Shown one piece after another: positions 9,313 to 18,579 of a stretch of 64,000 bases of DNA. Each line of letters opens with the position of its first letter. Positions within the stretch are counted from its first letter, which is position 1. A program made the position numbers and the translations under genes. A model generated the notes under the pieces. The model made no database searches, had not been told where the DNA came from, and worked only from the letters and a program-made list of their open reading frames with translations. Source of the stretch: Andalucia godoyi And28 (lineage: Eukaryota > Protista > Jakobida); assembly GCA_009859145.1 (NCBI GenBank), contig VRVR01000021.1:9507-73506 (forward strand). Direction: 5' to 3'.

Positions 9313-11811
9313 TTATACATTCTTGGGACCAGTATCCAACCCTGATGTGGAACTATCAATCGATCCACGAGAAGACATCGACGTTGAAAACTGGGAAGCT
9401 GACCTCACCGGATCTCGCGGAGCCAGGGCAGGAGGACGGACAACTTCCGGAACAACATCTGATGTGTGAACGCCTGAGAACGCACCTTGGTAGGATCCTC
9501 CGGGGCTGTCTGCCAACACCCGGTCAATCTGCATCCTGGACAACAGCGTGCCTGAAAACATGAGGCGGGTCTTGGAGTACATTAGCTGACGACCAGACAA
9601 AGCCTCTGGCAGGACCTCATACAATTCAATCTTCGGAGAAACACCATCAACAGAATGTACACCCATGAAGCGGACCACATGCGGAACACTCGAAATACCC
9701 AATTCTATCTCTGGAGTGTAGTAGTCAGTTGGTACAGCATTGCTGTTTGACAGTCCGCCGAGCCCACGCCTGCTCGCTGGAATTGGGGAAGACAGTGAAT
9801 CATCCAGCAAAACAAGACCGCGCGTTTGTGTGCGGGCAATCAATGCATTCGAAACAAGGATTTGGCCACCAGAGGAGGCTGCGCAGATCCGGGCCGCTAT
9901 GTTAACGTGAGGACCGTACACGCGCTCAAGAGATCGCTTCAGCCCTGCAACACTCCGACCGTTTGCAGGCGATGGAGGCGCCGCATGATCCATGAACGGC
10001 TGTCTGTTGAGCAGAGGGCTGGAGTCCGGAGAGGAAATGGAAGGAAAGTCCCCACGGTAATGGACATGGGAAAGCCCGGCATGAATTCCGATCCGAACTC
10101 GAAGGCCTTTCAGAATTACCCGGTCCTGCAAGTCTACAGCAATGGAACCATGCGGAAGCTTGTACAAGGACTTTGGCCATGGCGATTTCATCAATTTTGA
10201 TTGTACATCCAGTGCACATCGCAGACAAGCGGATGCATCACGAAACGCAAGAAAATAGGCAGTAGACCGGTCGTCCGTGCAAACCTCAAATCCACCATGC
10301 TCGATCAATGATGTACGGACAATGTTGGTACACAAGATTGCGCACGATTCCATCATGTCTTCATCCGTTTCCCAAAGCGCTGCAGCACCTTCAACATCAA
10401 TGAACATTAGACACAGGTCTCCGGATACCACACCGACTTTTTGTGGAGAAGCATCATGGATACTTGCCGGATACTGATGGTCCTTTGATGAAGAAACCAG
10501 CTGATGAAACAGAATATTTGTCGAGTAAGGCGCTAGAGCGTCTGTCTTCTCGTCCTTTGAGATGTGTGAAGTCTCATCGGCGTTTGAATCCGATAAAGAC
10601 CGCAGTGCCAGTTTAATGACTGCAAATCCAAAAAAGGCGGTTGCAACACTCCAAACAGTTACTACCAATGCTGCCAAAAGCTGGATACCGAATTGCTTGC
10701 CTCTCCCCCGCTCCGCCACAAAGTTGGCAACGGAATCGCCATACGTCAACCTCAGGTTGGAGTCTGTCCAAAACAGTCCAGACCCGAGCAAGCCCCAAAC
10801 CCCGCAAGGAAAATGCACAGAAGCTGCCTCCACGGGATCGTCGATGCCATAGTGCTGGATGGCGCACGACGAGACGAGATAGATGAGGCCGCCAATGAAA
10901 CCAAGCAAAAATGCAGCCCACAGAGGGACTACTGCAGCGCCAGAAGTAATAGAAACTAGCCCTGCCAGCAGTCCATTAAGAGTGCATTCGACTAAGAACT
11001 TTCCAGTCATGATTCTCATCGCAAGCAGCGCAGAAACGCCGCCAGAAACCCCAGAAAGCAGCGTAGTTACAGACACACGAGCCGCCAAAGTCGCCCGCTC
11101 ACCAGAAACCTGAATCAAAGATCCTGTGTTGAAAAAAAACCAACCAACAACAAGAATCATTGTCCCGAGTGTCTGGAATGTCAGTTGCGTGGTCCTGAAC
11201 TTCGTCAAGGAGAATAAATGGACTCTCGACAACGGTGTGGTTGACGAAGCAGTCCTCCAATTGGAGCGGGGACCGACGAACCATGCTCCAATGAGCGCGG
11301 TGACACCTCCGAGAGTGTGTACAGCGCAGTCTCCAGCAAGATCGATGACACCCAGCGTATTTGAAGCGTCCATGAAAAACAAGCCCTTTGGAGCCCACAC
11401 CCAATGACTGACCATGGCATAGACAAACAAGGACATGTACGCCGAAAAGAGTGCATAGGCAACAAAGCGCGCTCGCTCAGCCATCGCCCCGCTCACAATG
11501 CTCGTCGTGGTTGCACAATACACAAAACTTTGAAGCCACTGCTCGTACTGATTGCGCGAAATATCAAAAACCAGAGATGAAGACCATCCAAAGATCCTGT
11601 TCGAAGAGTCGTCGTCTCCAGCAAAGAATGCATACCCGAGAAACCACCATGTGATCACGCCCGAGCACATTTGTACAATATTCTTGAGAATCACATTTCG
11701 AATGTGTACTCGAGAACAAGCGATTTCACAAAGCGTGAAACCAGACTGCATCAACAAAACCATGAACGCACAGATGAGAACATAGATGGTGTCCAACGAA
11801 GTGTCTGTCAT
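9313..11811 (-). CDS. Ammonium transporter (Amt) fused to a class III adenylate/guanylate cyclase-like domain
   Basis: Amt motifs LMQSGF, SIVSGAMAER, IDLAGDCAVH, GWFFFNTGS, NGLLAGLVSITSG and DDPVEAASVH at about 11811-10600, followed in frame by cyclase motifs MFIDVEG, LRVRIGIHAG, YGPHVNIAARI and GGQILVS at about 10423-9610. Confidence 0.92.
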   Translation of the reverse strand: MTDTSLDTIYVLICAFMVLLMQSGFTLCEIACSRVHIRNVILKNIVQMCSGVITWWFLGYAFFAGDDDSSNRIFGWSSSLVFDISRNQYEQWLQSFVYCATTTSIVSGAMAERARFVAYALFSAYMSLFVYAMVSHWVWAPKGLFFMDASNTLGVIDLAGDCAVHTLGGVTALIGAWFVGPRSNWRTASSTTPLSRVHLFSLTKFRTTQLTFQTLGTMILVVGWFFFNTGSLIQVSGERATLAARVSVTTLLSGVSGGVSALLAMRIMTGKFLVECTLNGLLAGLVSITSGAAVVPLWAAFLLGFIGGLIYLVSSCAIQHYGIDDPVEAASVHFPCGVWGLLGSGLFWTDSNLRLTYGDSVANFVAERGRGKQFGIQLLAALVVTVWSVATAFFGFAVIKLALRSLSDSNADETSHISKDEKTDALAPYSTNILFHQLVSSSKDHQYPASIHDASPQKVGVVSGDLCLMFIDVEGAAALWETDEDMMESCAILCTNIVRTSLIEHGGFEVCTDDRSTAYFLAFRDASACLRCALDVQSKLMKSPWPKSLYKLPHGSIAVDLQDRVILKGLRVRIGIHAGLSHVHYRGDFPSISSPDSSPLLNRQPFMDHAAPPSPANGRSVAGLKRSLERVYGPHVNIAARICAASSGGQILVSNALIARTQTRGLVLLDDSLSSPIPASRRGLGGLSNSNAVPTDYYTPEIELGISSVPHVVRFMGVHSVDGVSPKIELYEVLPEALSGRQLMYSKTRLMFSGTLLSRMQIDRVLADSPGGSYQGAFSGVHTSDVVPEVVRPPALAPRDPVRSASQFSTSMSSRGSIDSSTSGLDTGPKNV

Positions 11812-12350
11812 CTTCTTCCTTCTTCTTCTCTGAAAATACTGCAAGCACAACTGCAACAGCAGCAACAACGGAAATGTTGCAGATCTGGAATTTTAGGGAA
11901 AGGCTGTGTACAGCCGAATCAAAATTATGAAATGTAAATTTAAACAAGAAAAGAAGAAGAATGAGAAACTCCGTGGACGATTGCAAGAATCCACCAAGAA
12001 CGAATGAATGAATAAATGGGCAGAATGCTGAAACTCGGGCTTCTCTTCACGACTTGCGAGTTCATGACATTCAACGATGGATGTCCGGGCAAGCCGGACT
12101 CTCGGAGCCCTCGACGAGATTCCATTCCATTCCTGACTCCTCAACGACTCAAGCAAACACGCCGCCTCGGTTTTCGCTTCGTTCTACAGTTTTTCTTCCT
12201 GTGTCTTTTGTTGCTGGTGTTTCCTCTTTATATTTAATATCTGGGTATTTGAATATTAATTTTATTTTTATTGTTTTTTTATTGTTTTTTATTTTTTGTT
12301 TTATTAAATTAAATTAATGAATAATTATATTTTCGGTCGGTTTGCGTACG

Positions 12351-13562
12351 ATGGACTATTCCGTGCTGCACCGATCTTCCTCGAGTTTTGCGCGGGTGTC
12401 GTCCATCCTTACACAACATGGCTCCATCTTGACCCCGGCGTTTGTTCCTGTTTGCACCACGGGCTCTCCAAAATGTGTCCCCATGAGTGCGGTCGACGAT
12501 TTTGATCTGGTGTTTTCAAACACATATCACTTGCTTGTTCATCCGGGTGCGAATACGGTTGCCGAATTAGGCGGCATCCATTCCTTTACTTCGAGATCAA
12601 AGCCTTTTATCACAGACTCGGGCGGTTTCCAGGTGTTCTCATTAAAGTACACGGGCGGGCGCGATGAACTGAAAGGTCGAACCAACAAACCGAAGCAGAA
12701 GAACATGGTGTCGAAAATCGATGAGGACGGCGTGCATTTTCGATCCTATCGTGATGGAAGACAGCTATTTCTCTCTCCGGAAGCTAGTATCAGTGCTCAA
12801 CATCAAATTGGTGCTGATCTGATTGTTGCTTTTGACGAGCTCCCACCGTATGGTCTAACTCAGAAAAGGCTGCAAAGATCTTTTGATCGAACACATCGGT
12901 GGATGAAGAGGTCATTGGACTTTCATAATTCTTCGGCTCACACGAGCACCCAAAGGCTGTACGGCATCGTGCACGGTGAGACGAACATGGGTCTGCGGCT
13001 GGAGTCTCTTCGATTTCTGCTGCAACACAACTTTCCAGGAATTGCGATTGGTGGATCCGTTGGGCAAACTCGCAAGGAAATGTACTCCTTGATTTGTGGG
13101 ATGAGATCGCTACTGCCCTCAGATCGGCCTGTGCATCTCCTGGGCATCGGCGATTTGCAGTCCATTGTACCGCTCATCCAATGCGGCGTTGATAGTCTGG
13201 ACAGCACATATCCAACAAAAGCCGGTCGACATGGCACAGCGCTTTTGACCCCTTCCGTCGACTGGCTGATTTCCCATTCTCTGGAAAATTCTCTCGTGTC
13301 AGCTACGTTGGACGAACCAGCCGCAGGGAGACTCAACGAGCTGCATTTGGTGCTTTCCAAGGCGGAGCACCAGCAGTCCGCCGAACCGATTGACGAAACG
13401 TGCACGTGTCCAGTGTGCTTGCGATATTCCCGAGGCTATCTCCACCATTTACTCAAAATGCACGAATCTGCTGGACAGTCATTGGTGACTTTACATAATT
13501 TACATATCATGAGAAATACCATGGAAACGATTCGCCATCTCATTCGCGACAACAAGCTTTAA
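12351..13562 (+). CDS. tgt: Queuine tRNA-ribosyltransferase (tRNA-guanine transglycosylase), bacterial/Chlamydiae type
   Basis: TPAFVPV, NTYHL, TDSGGFQVFSL, FRSYRDG, DEL, HLLGIG, YPTKAGRHG, zinc site CTCPVC...HNL. Confidence 0.95.
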   Translation: MDYSVLHRSSSSFARVSSILTQHGSILTPAFVPVCTTGSPKCVPMSAVDDFDLVFSNTYHLLVHPGANTVAELGGIHSFTSRSKPFITDSGGFQVFSLKYTGGRDELKGRTNKPKQKNMVSKIDEDGVHFRSYRDGRQLFLSPEASISAQHQIGADLIVAFDELPPYGLTQKRLQRSFDRTHRWMKRSLDFHNSSAHTSTQRLYGIVHGETNMGLRLESLRFLLQHNFPGIAIGGSVGQTRKEMYSLICGMRSLLPSDRPVHLLGIGDLQSIVPLIQCGVDSLDSTYPTKAGRHGTALLTPSVDWLISHSLENSLVSATLDEPAAGRLNELHLVLSKAEHQQSAEPIDETCTCPVCLRYSRGYLHHLLKMHESAGQSLVTLHNLHIMRNTMETIRHLIRDNKL

Positions 13563-13603
13563 CAAGCTGTCACCATCTCATTGTGCATGTGGACCTTTTC
13601 TCC

Positions 13604-16135
13604 TTAACCGTCGACATCGGAAGGCGGGGTTGCACTGCGGTTGACAGACGTAGCCACATATCCTTGGATCCGCTGCTTTTCCAGAGAGTAGAGGAGTTTT
13701 GCATAATCGTTTTGCATCTTTTGCACATAATCGGAGCCCTGGAAATTAACCACGTCGTCAAATTCCCGGTGAAGACGTCGAAGAAAACGCTCGCAACGCT
13801 GCGAAAACTTGCTGAGATCAGCGTATAGCGTCGCTCTCTGTTTTTCAAGTTCAAGTTTGTCAACGGACACGATGTCACGCCACTTGGATTTCTTTTCTGA
13901 AAATTCCGGAGAAGTGGTTTGCTTCAGCATTTTTTCAACAGCGTGCGACTGCTTCTTCTGCGACTCCATCTCAGCTTCGTCAAGGCCTTGCAGCTTGTTC
14001 AACACCTCTTCTCGGCTCTGTATATGCAGGTTTGCCTGGCCCCAGAGTTCCAACACTCGCTGAACCTTGTCTGCAAATTCAGGACGATTATATTTGTTCA
14101 GTAAACGCAATTTCTCTTGCGGCGGCAGGTGAAGCTGCGTCCATATTCTTTCCAGCGCAATCATTGCAGAGGCAAATTCCTGTGCATTGAGAAGGATCGC
14201 ATTTCTTGCGTCAACAAACTCGTCAATTGTAAGACCGCCAGGAATATCATTGGTATCTCGAACGCTTTCACGAGCACCCGCCGGACCACCGGACCCTCGC
14301 GAGACTTCTGGTTCCAGAAGCATCGGGCTTTGACTCCGAATCGACGGAGCCGAAGAAAGCGTGATGTCCTTTGGTAGTGACAGGAGCGGTAAGATAGTCG
14401 ATTCTGTGTCCTGCGCCTGCGGCTGCAGGGATGCTTTGGAAGTGTCTGTAAGACTGGAAATGAACTTCTGCGGTGCAGCTGGCCGCGGTTCATAAATATA
14501 TTCCAATACGCGTTGAAAGCGCTGACGACCTCCATACATGCTCCACAAATGATGTTTCTCCATTTGTTTGAGCATCCGATCCCGTTCCGTTCCCTTCAAC
14601 AACTCCTTGCTTGCAATACTCTGGAGCGGTTGCTGCTGATAGCTTCGTATGCGAGTTCGCCACTCGTCAGCGTCATCCACTGTGAAGAATGAAGCATAAA
14701 CTTGGATAACCGACATTAGTCGATCTGCGCGGTCCAAGAGCAGCACATCAGCCTCGTCCAACGATGAACCAGAAATGCGCTTCGCGTGAGCAATTCTGAA
14801 CACTTCCCTTGCGATACCAACAAACATTCTCGATATCTTTGTGACTACACCTTGACATGGATAGAAAATGCGCTCCTGCAAATCATGCGATAAAAGCGTT
14901 TCTGCACCCTTGATCCATGCTCGCAGTACACGGGAGTCCGCCATTTCCTGCTCCACGCCATGGAAAAAAGAGTGTTTGGATGCCAGAAACACAGGATGGT
15001 CGGCAATCACCGCGAGATGGTCCAGAAGCTCTTCTCGAATACGCTCAGAATCTACGACTTCCATAGTTTGCGATGCTTTGCACAGAGAAACGATTCGGGC
15101 CTCGAGACTAGAAAGGAGAGAATCAATGGCAGAAAATGATTCAAGGCGGCCGCGATCGAATTTCACATGCGCAGTGGGAGTCGCACACCGAAGGAACGAT
15201 GCTTCAGACTCGGTTGCCAGTTCCGTGGATGGCGCCAGACCACCAGGCCGACATGGTCGAACTTTGACAAGAGACGACAATATCAGAGATTCTGAAAGTG
15301 TGTGACTGGAGGAGCGATTCGTAGAAGACATTGAACGATTCGACTTTGGTGAGACTGCACCAGATCCAGATCCACTGAGGATCGCTGAAGAATTAAGGAT
15401 TCTAGAGACTTCTGAGTCCGGCTGCTCGTGATTCGGTATCGACACGTCCACTGGCTTTTCAGAAGTGCTACCCAGCTTCGCGGGTGCGGTCTTTAGATGC
15501 GGTTCGGATGCCAAACCGTCTCGGCTTGCGACGTCTATACCCGCTGCCGCGCCAGCTCTGCCCGTCTCCAGTTCTGCATTCCTTTGTCTGGCGGAGTCCA
15601 CAGCGAAAAACACAGAATTGGTACGTAGTGATTTGGAACTTGCTCTTCTCAACATGGTACCTCGTCGTTCTTTAGCCGATTCGCGCTCTTCCACTGCTTT
15701 CGCCGTCTGCCTATCCTTCTCAAGTGCTTGTATGTGAATGGCGTCCAACTTCTCCTCTAGAGACGACGTTGCTCCATGGCTTCCAGCGTTGGAGTGTAGT
15801 CTGTGTTCCCTCCCACTCAACGAGCCCATCACATACGAATTTGGATCTCCCGAAAATGCAACGGACCTGGCACGGGACAGGTCATCCGCTCCGCCCTTGG
15901 ACATGTAGTCATTCACCACCCTCCGTTCTATAGAATCAATGTCAATCTCTCTCCTGATTGCTGCCCGAAGAGCAGACTCTGCGCGCAGCTGGTTGACTTT
16001 CTGAGAAAACACGCCTCGTGAATTCCAGTCCGAGAGCTTCCGCTGGTGCTTCAGAACGAGCGAGTGTTTCGCAGAATCCAGAGTCCTTACTAACGCACTG
16101 TTGATCGCCCGATGATCTGCAGGTGTCAACGCCAT
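13604..16135 (-). CDS. Coiled-coil protein with CCDC87/MAP65-ASE1-like C-terminus
   Basis: 843-aa ORF from MALTP; LERIWTQLHLPPQEKLRLLNKY...LELWGQANLHIQSREEVL resembles the CCDC87 C-terminal region. Confidence 0.45.
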   Translation of the reverse strand: MALTPADHRAINSALVRTLDSAKHSLVLKHQRKLSDWNSRGVFSQKVNQLRAESALRAAIRREIDIDSIERRVVNDYMSKGGADDLSRARSVAFSGDPNSYVMGSLSGREHRLHSNAGSHGATSSLEEKLDAIHIQALEKDRQTAKAVEERESAKERRGTMLRRASSKSLRTNSVFFAVDSARQRNAELETGRAGAAAGIDVASRDGLASEPHLKTAPAKLGSTSEKPVDVSIPNHEQPDSEVSRILNSSAILSGSGSGAVSPKSNRSMSSTNRSSSHTLSESLILSSLVKVRPCRPGGLAPSTELATESEASFLRCATPTAHVKFDRGRLESFSAIDSLLSSLEARIVSLCKASQTMEVVDSERIREELLDHLAVIADHPVFLASKHSFFHGVEQEMADSRVLRAWIKGAETLLSHDLQERIFYPCQGVVTKISRMFVGIAREVFRIAHAKRISGSSLDEADVLLLDRADRLMSVIQVYASFFTVDDADEWRTRIRSYQQQPLQSIASKELLKGTERDRMLKQMEKHHLWSMYGGRQRFQRVLEYIYEPRPAAPQKFISSLTDTSKASLQPQAQDTESTILPLLSLPKDITLSSAPSIRSQSPMLLEPEVSRGSGGPAGARESVRDTNDIPGGLTIDEFVDARNAILLNAQEFASAMIALERIWTQLHLPPQEKLRLLNKYNRPEFADKVQRVLELWGQANLHIQSREEVLNKLQGLDEAEMESQKKQSHAVEKMLKQTTSPEFSEKKSKWRDIVSVDKLELEKQRATLYADLSKFSQRCERFLRRLHREFDDVVNFQGSDYVQKMQNDYAKLLYSLEKQRIQGYVATSVNRSATPPSDVDG

Positions 16136-16281
16136 TCTCAAAAACTCCCCAAGCAACCAACCCCCTAATGAATTATGAAATAAATAATAATAGCAATACC
16201 AAAAACGATAATGATGGTAATCGCTTCCTGCTTTTGCTTTGCTTTTTTTTTCTTTCCACCGTCAACATGAATGAAAACCGT

Positions 16282-16634
16282 TGAAATAATAACGCGTATT
16301 GTGATGCATACGGAAGGATAAACAAACAGACATGGTCGACACTGGCCGACACCAGCACGCTTGTTTCACAGGAATTCGTGCTTACGCACGCTCGGCCAAA
16401 ATTCAGCGGGTGACACAGGCTCCGCACTTTCGACACTCTTTAACGCAGCATCCATAGCCATCTATTCTATCATTCGTTGGTTTCACTTTTTTAATTCAAA
16501 TATGGGCGTGAGTGCGCTGGGATGACGCATTCGCCTACGCCTACGCCGCTCGATACAGGGCCTCCTAGGTCCCGCAGACCTACTAAGAGACCACGTGTCA
16601 CTACGCCTACCGCCTCTTCCTCTCGTATCTCCAG
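16282..16634 (-). repeat. Dispersed intergenic repeat family 1, copy B
   Basis: Inverted copy of 563-920 (about 90-94% identity by manual alignment). Confidence 0.95.
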
Positions 16635-17217
16635 GTGCATCAATCGCTGCAACTGAAGACACGAAAGCGCCTGCTGCTAGGGCCGTCAGAGTCGAAATCA
16701 TCCTCTCTTCCACGATATTGTTCCAATATATCTCGTTTTGATTTGGCTTGCTGTCGTCGTCCACAATTCGGATTTGCTAAAAAGCTGCAGTGTATCCGCA
16801 CTTCGTTTTAGCAACGATTCTACAAGAGCGCCCAACTTTCGCGAGCTTTCTGCGCGAACTCTGTCGGCGCACGCACTTGCGTGTTGGGGACCTGCGCCCC
16901 CCCGGACCCACAAGACGATCGATTGTCATGTAGCGTTGCAACAGTACCAATTAGAATCTCCGTAGTGATGTGTCGAGGGCCTGCCCTCGTATGTATAGTA
17001 TGTTTAATTAATTCCGCATTGTCTGGCAACATTTTAAAACAAGAGATGAGCAATGACAATGGTAGCATGAAGAAGTGAATGCGCAGGCGCGACCGTGCAT
17101 CATTTATAATTCTCGAGGATCGCGTGCAAAACATGGAAAATGAATAGAAGAAACAACTGCAATAATGTCCGCAGTTTTCGCATCATTGTCCGACTCCCCG
17201 TCAATCGTATTCACGGC

Positions 17218-18108
17218 TCAGCTCGATCCGCAGTAGAAAAATCCATCGAGAGGAGTGTGTAGATAGTCGAGATGGTCTGGGATGGAGTCGTCGATGTGCG
17301 CATCCGAACAGTGCTCGTCTTCCCCCAGCATGCACTGAACCACGCTGGAAAAGTCTTCATTGTAGAACATCTCCACGCCTCCGTGAATATACGAAATCGA
17401 CGCGGAAAGTGTCGGAGGAACATGTGGAACAATATCCTTGTTGTGAACCAATCGGTAATACGACGTCAACTGCTGTTCGGACCATTCCGCAAATGCAGCA
17501 TTTCCGACACGTGGCTGACCATAGTTGTAAACATTCACTCTCCGGTTGATCGCCGCCGCAATCTTTGGATCGGTCATCAACTCCAGGCAAGCAATTTGTG
17601 CACAGGCCGCACCCAGGGAATGTCCCATACAAGTCAGTTCAAACTCGAATCCTGCTGCGTATTTGTCGATGAGCTTGCCGAGGGATGCGACAGCCTGAGA
17701 ATTCACCGACATGTACGACTCGTAAAAACCTTCATGAATCATCATGCCCGGTGCAGAATTCGGTCGATACGGTATCTGCTTGAATTCCAAATCGTCAATC
17801 CAATCCCTGACAGAATAAGTCCCTCGAAAAACGACAGACAGCGAAACGCTGTTTGTGTCGCGATTGACAAACACCCCCGTGTATCCGTGCAGATCGTTAC
17901 TCGATGCATACAGAATGGAGTCCATGATGAACATGGAAACCTCATCCGCCTTGCATTGATGACAAGAAAACGAGGCAATATCGCTGTCTGGACAGTATGC
18001 AAGTCCGCTCAGAATTGCGCCTGCTTTCGCCAAACGCGGATCGTACGGCGCATAGCTTGCTTGGCAAGACACTACACAGAGTAGCAATATTGAGAAAAAT
18101 ATCCGCAT
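17218..18108 (-). CDS. Secreted class 3 (fungal-type) lipase
   Basis: Signal peptide MRIFFSILLLCVVSCQA; VVFRGT, IHEGFY, GHSLG nucleophile elbow, YNYGQPRVGN, VHNKDIVPHVP, catalytic His in DHLDY. Confidence 0.92.
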   Translation of the reverse strand: MRIFFSILLLCVVSCQASYAPYDPRLAKAGAILSGLAYCPDSDIASFSCHQCKADEVSMFIMDSILYASSNDLHGYTGVFVNRDTNSVSLSVVFRGTYSVRDWIDDLEFKQIPYRPNSAPGMMIHEGFYESYMSVNSQAVASLGKLIDKYAAGFEFELTCMGHSLGAACAQIACLELMTDPKIAAAINRRVNVYNYGQPRVGNAAFAEWSEQQLTSYYRLVHNKDIVPHVPPTLSASISYIHGGVEMFYNEDFSSVVQCMLGEDEHCSDAHIDDSIPDHLDYLHTPLDGFFYCGSS

Positions 18109-18171
18109 GTTCTCAGAAGGTTGTGAGTATAAGACGAATAACAGGGAGAGAGGGAGAGAGAGGGAGAGAGG

Positions 18172-18218
18172 GAGAAGAAGAAAGAAGAAGAAGAAGAAGA
18201 AGAAGAAGAAGAAGAAGA
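18172..18218 (+). repeat. (GAA)n microsatellite upstream of the lipase
   Basis: Direct inspection; creates the spurious poly-F N-terminus in the ORF track. Confidence 0.95.
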
Positions 18219-18335
18219 ACATATATCCAAGCGTCGATTTTCGTCACGCAAACCACCCCGTCCCCGACGGACTGGCCCAGATGCAGGTGCAGAAACGGGT
18301 ACAGCTGGCGGCAACCACCGATATCTACCGTATAA

Positions 18336-18545
18336 CCCTCCAACCCAAAACGTCTGGTGGATGGCTGTGACGAAAACATAGGTTGCTTCTGTTTTTTGGG
18401 GTGCGCAGACCCATGGATGTCCCACTCAAAAGGGGGAACTCATTGGATGGGCGCTGATGCAGATTTACAACGGCCCTTTACGCCAAATAATCTGTCTGAG
18501 GCGCAGCATGCGAGACAAGTGTTTGGAAAGGTTTGGGTTGGAGGA
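18336..18545 (-). mobile_element. MITE-like element family 3, copy A (210 bp, 14-bp terminal inverted repeats)
   Basis: CCCTCCAACCCAAA at 18336 and TTTGGGTTGGAGGA ending at 18545; homologous to 35626-35859; no clean target-site duplication. Confidence 0.65.
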
Positions 18546-18579
18546 TAGTGCCTAACAGAATACATTTTTGGTGCCGAGT

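Noticed and set aside
563-16634. The family 1 inverted pair as terminal inverted repeats of a 16-kb Polinton/Maverick or composite transposon
   Set aside because: The enclosed genes are ordinary host genes, there is no polymerase, integrase, capsid or transposase, and there is no target-site duplication
18109-18222. Poly-Phe N-terminal extension of the lipase and similar extensions of other ORFs (poly-K, poly-F, LSLS)
   Set aside because: These are translations of microsatellites or homopolymers upstream of the real ATG
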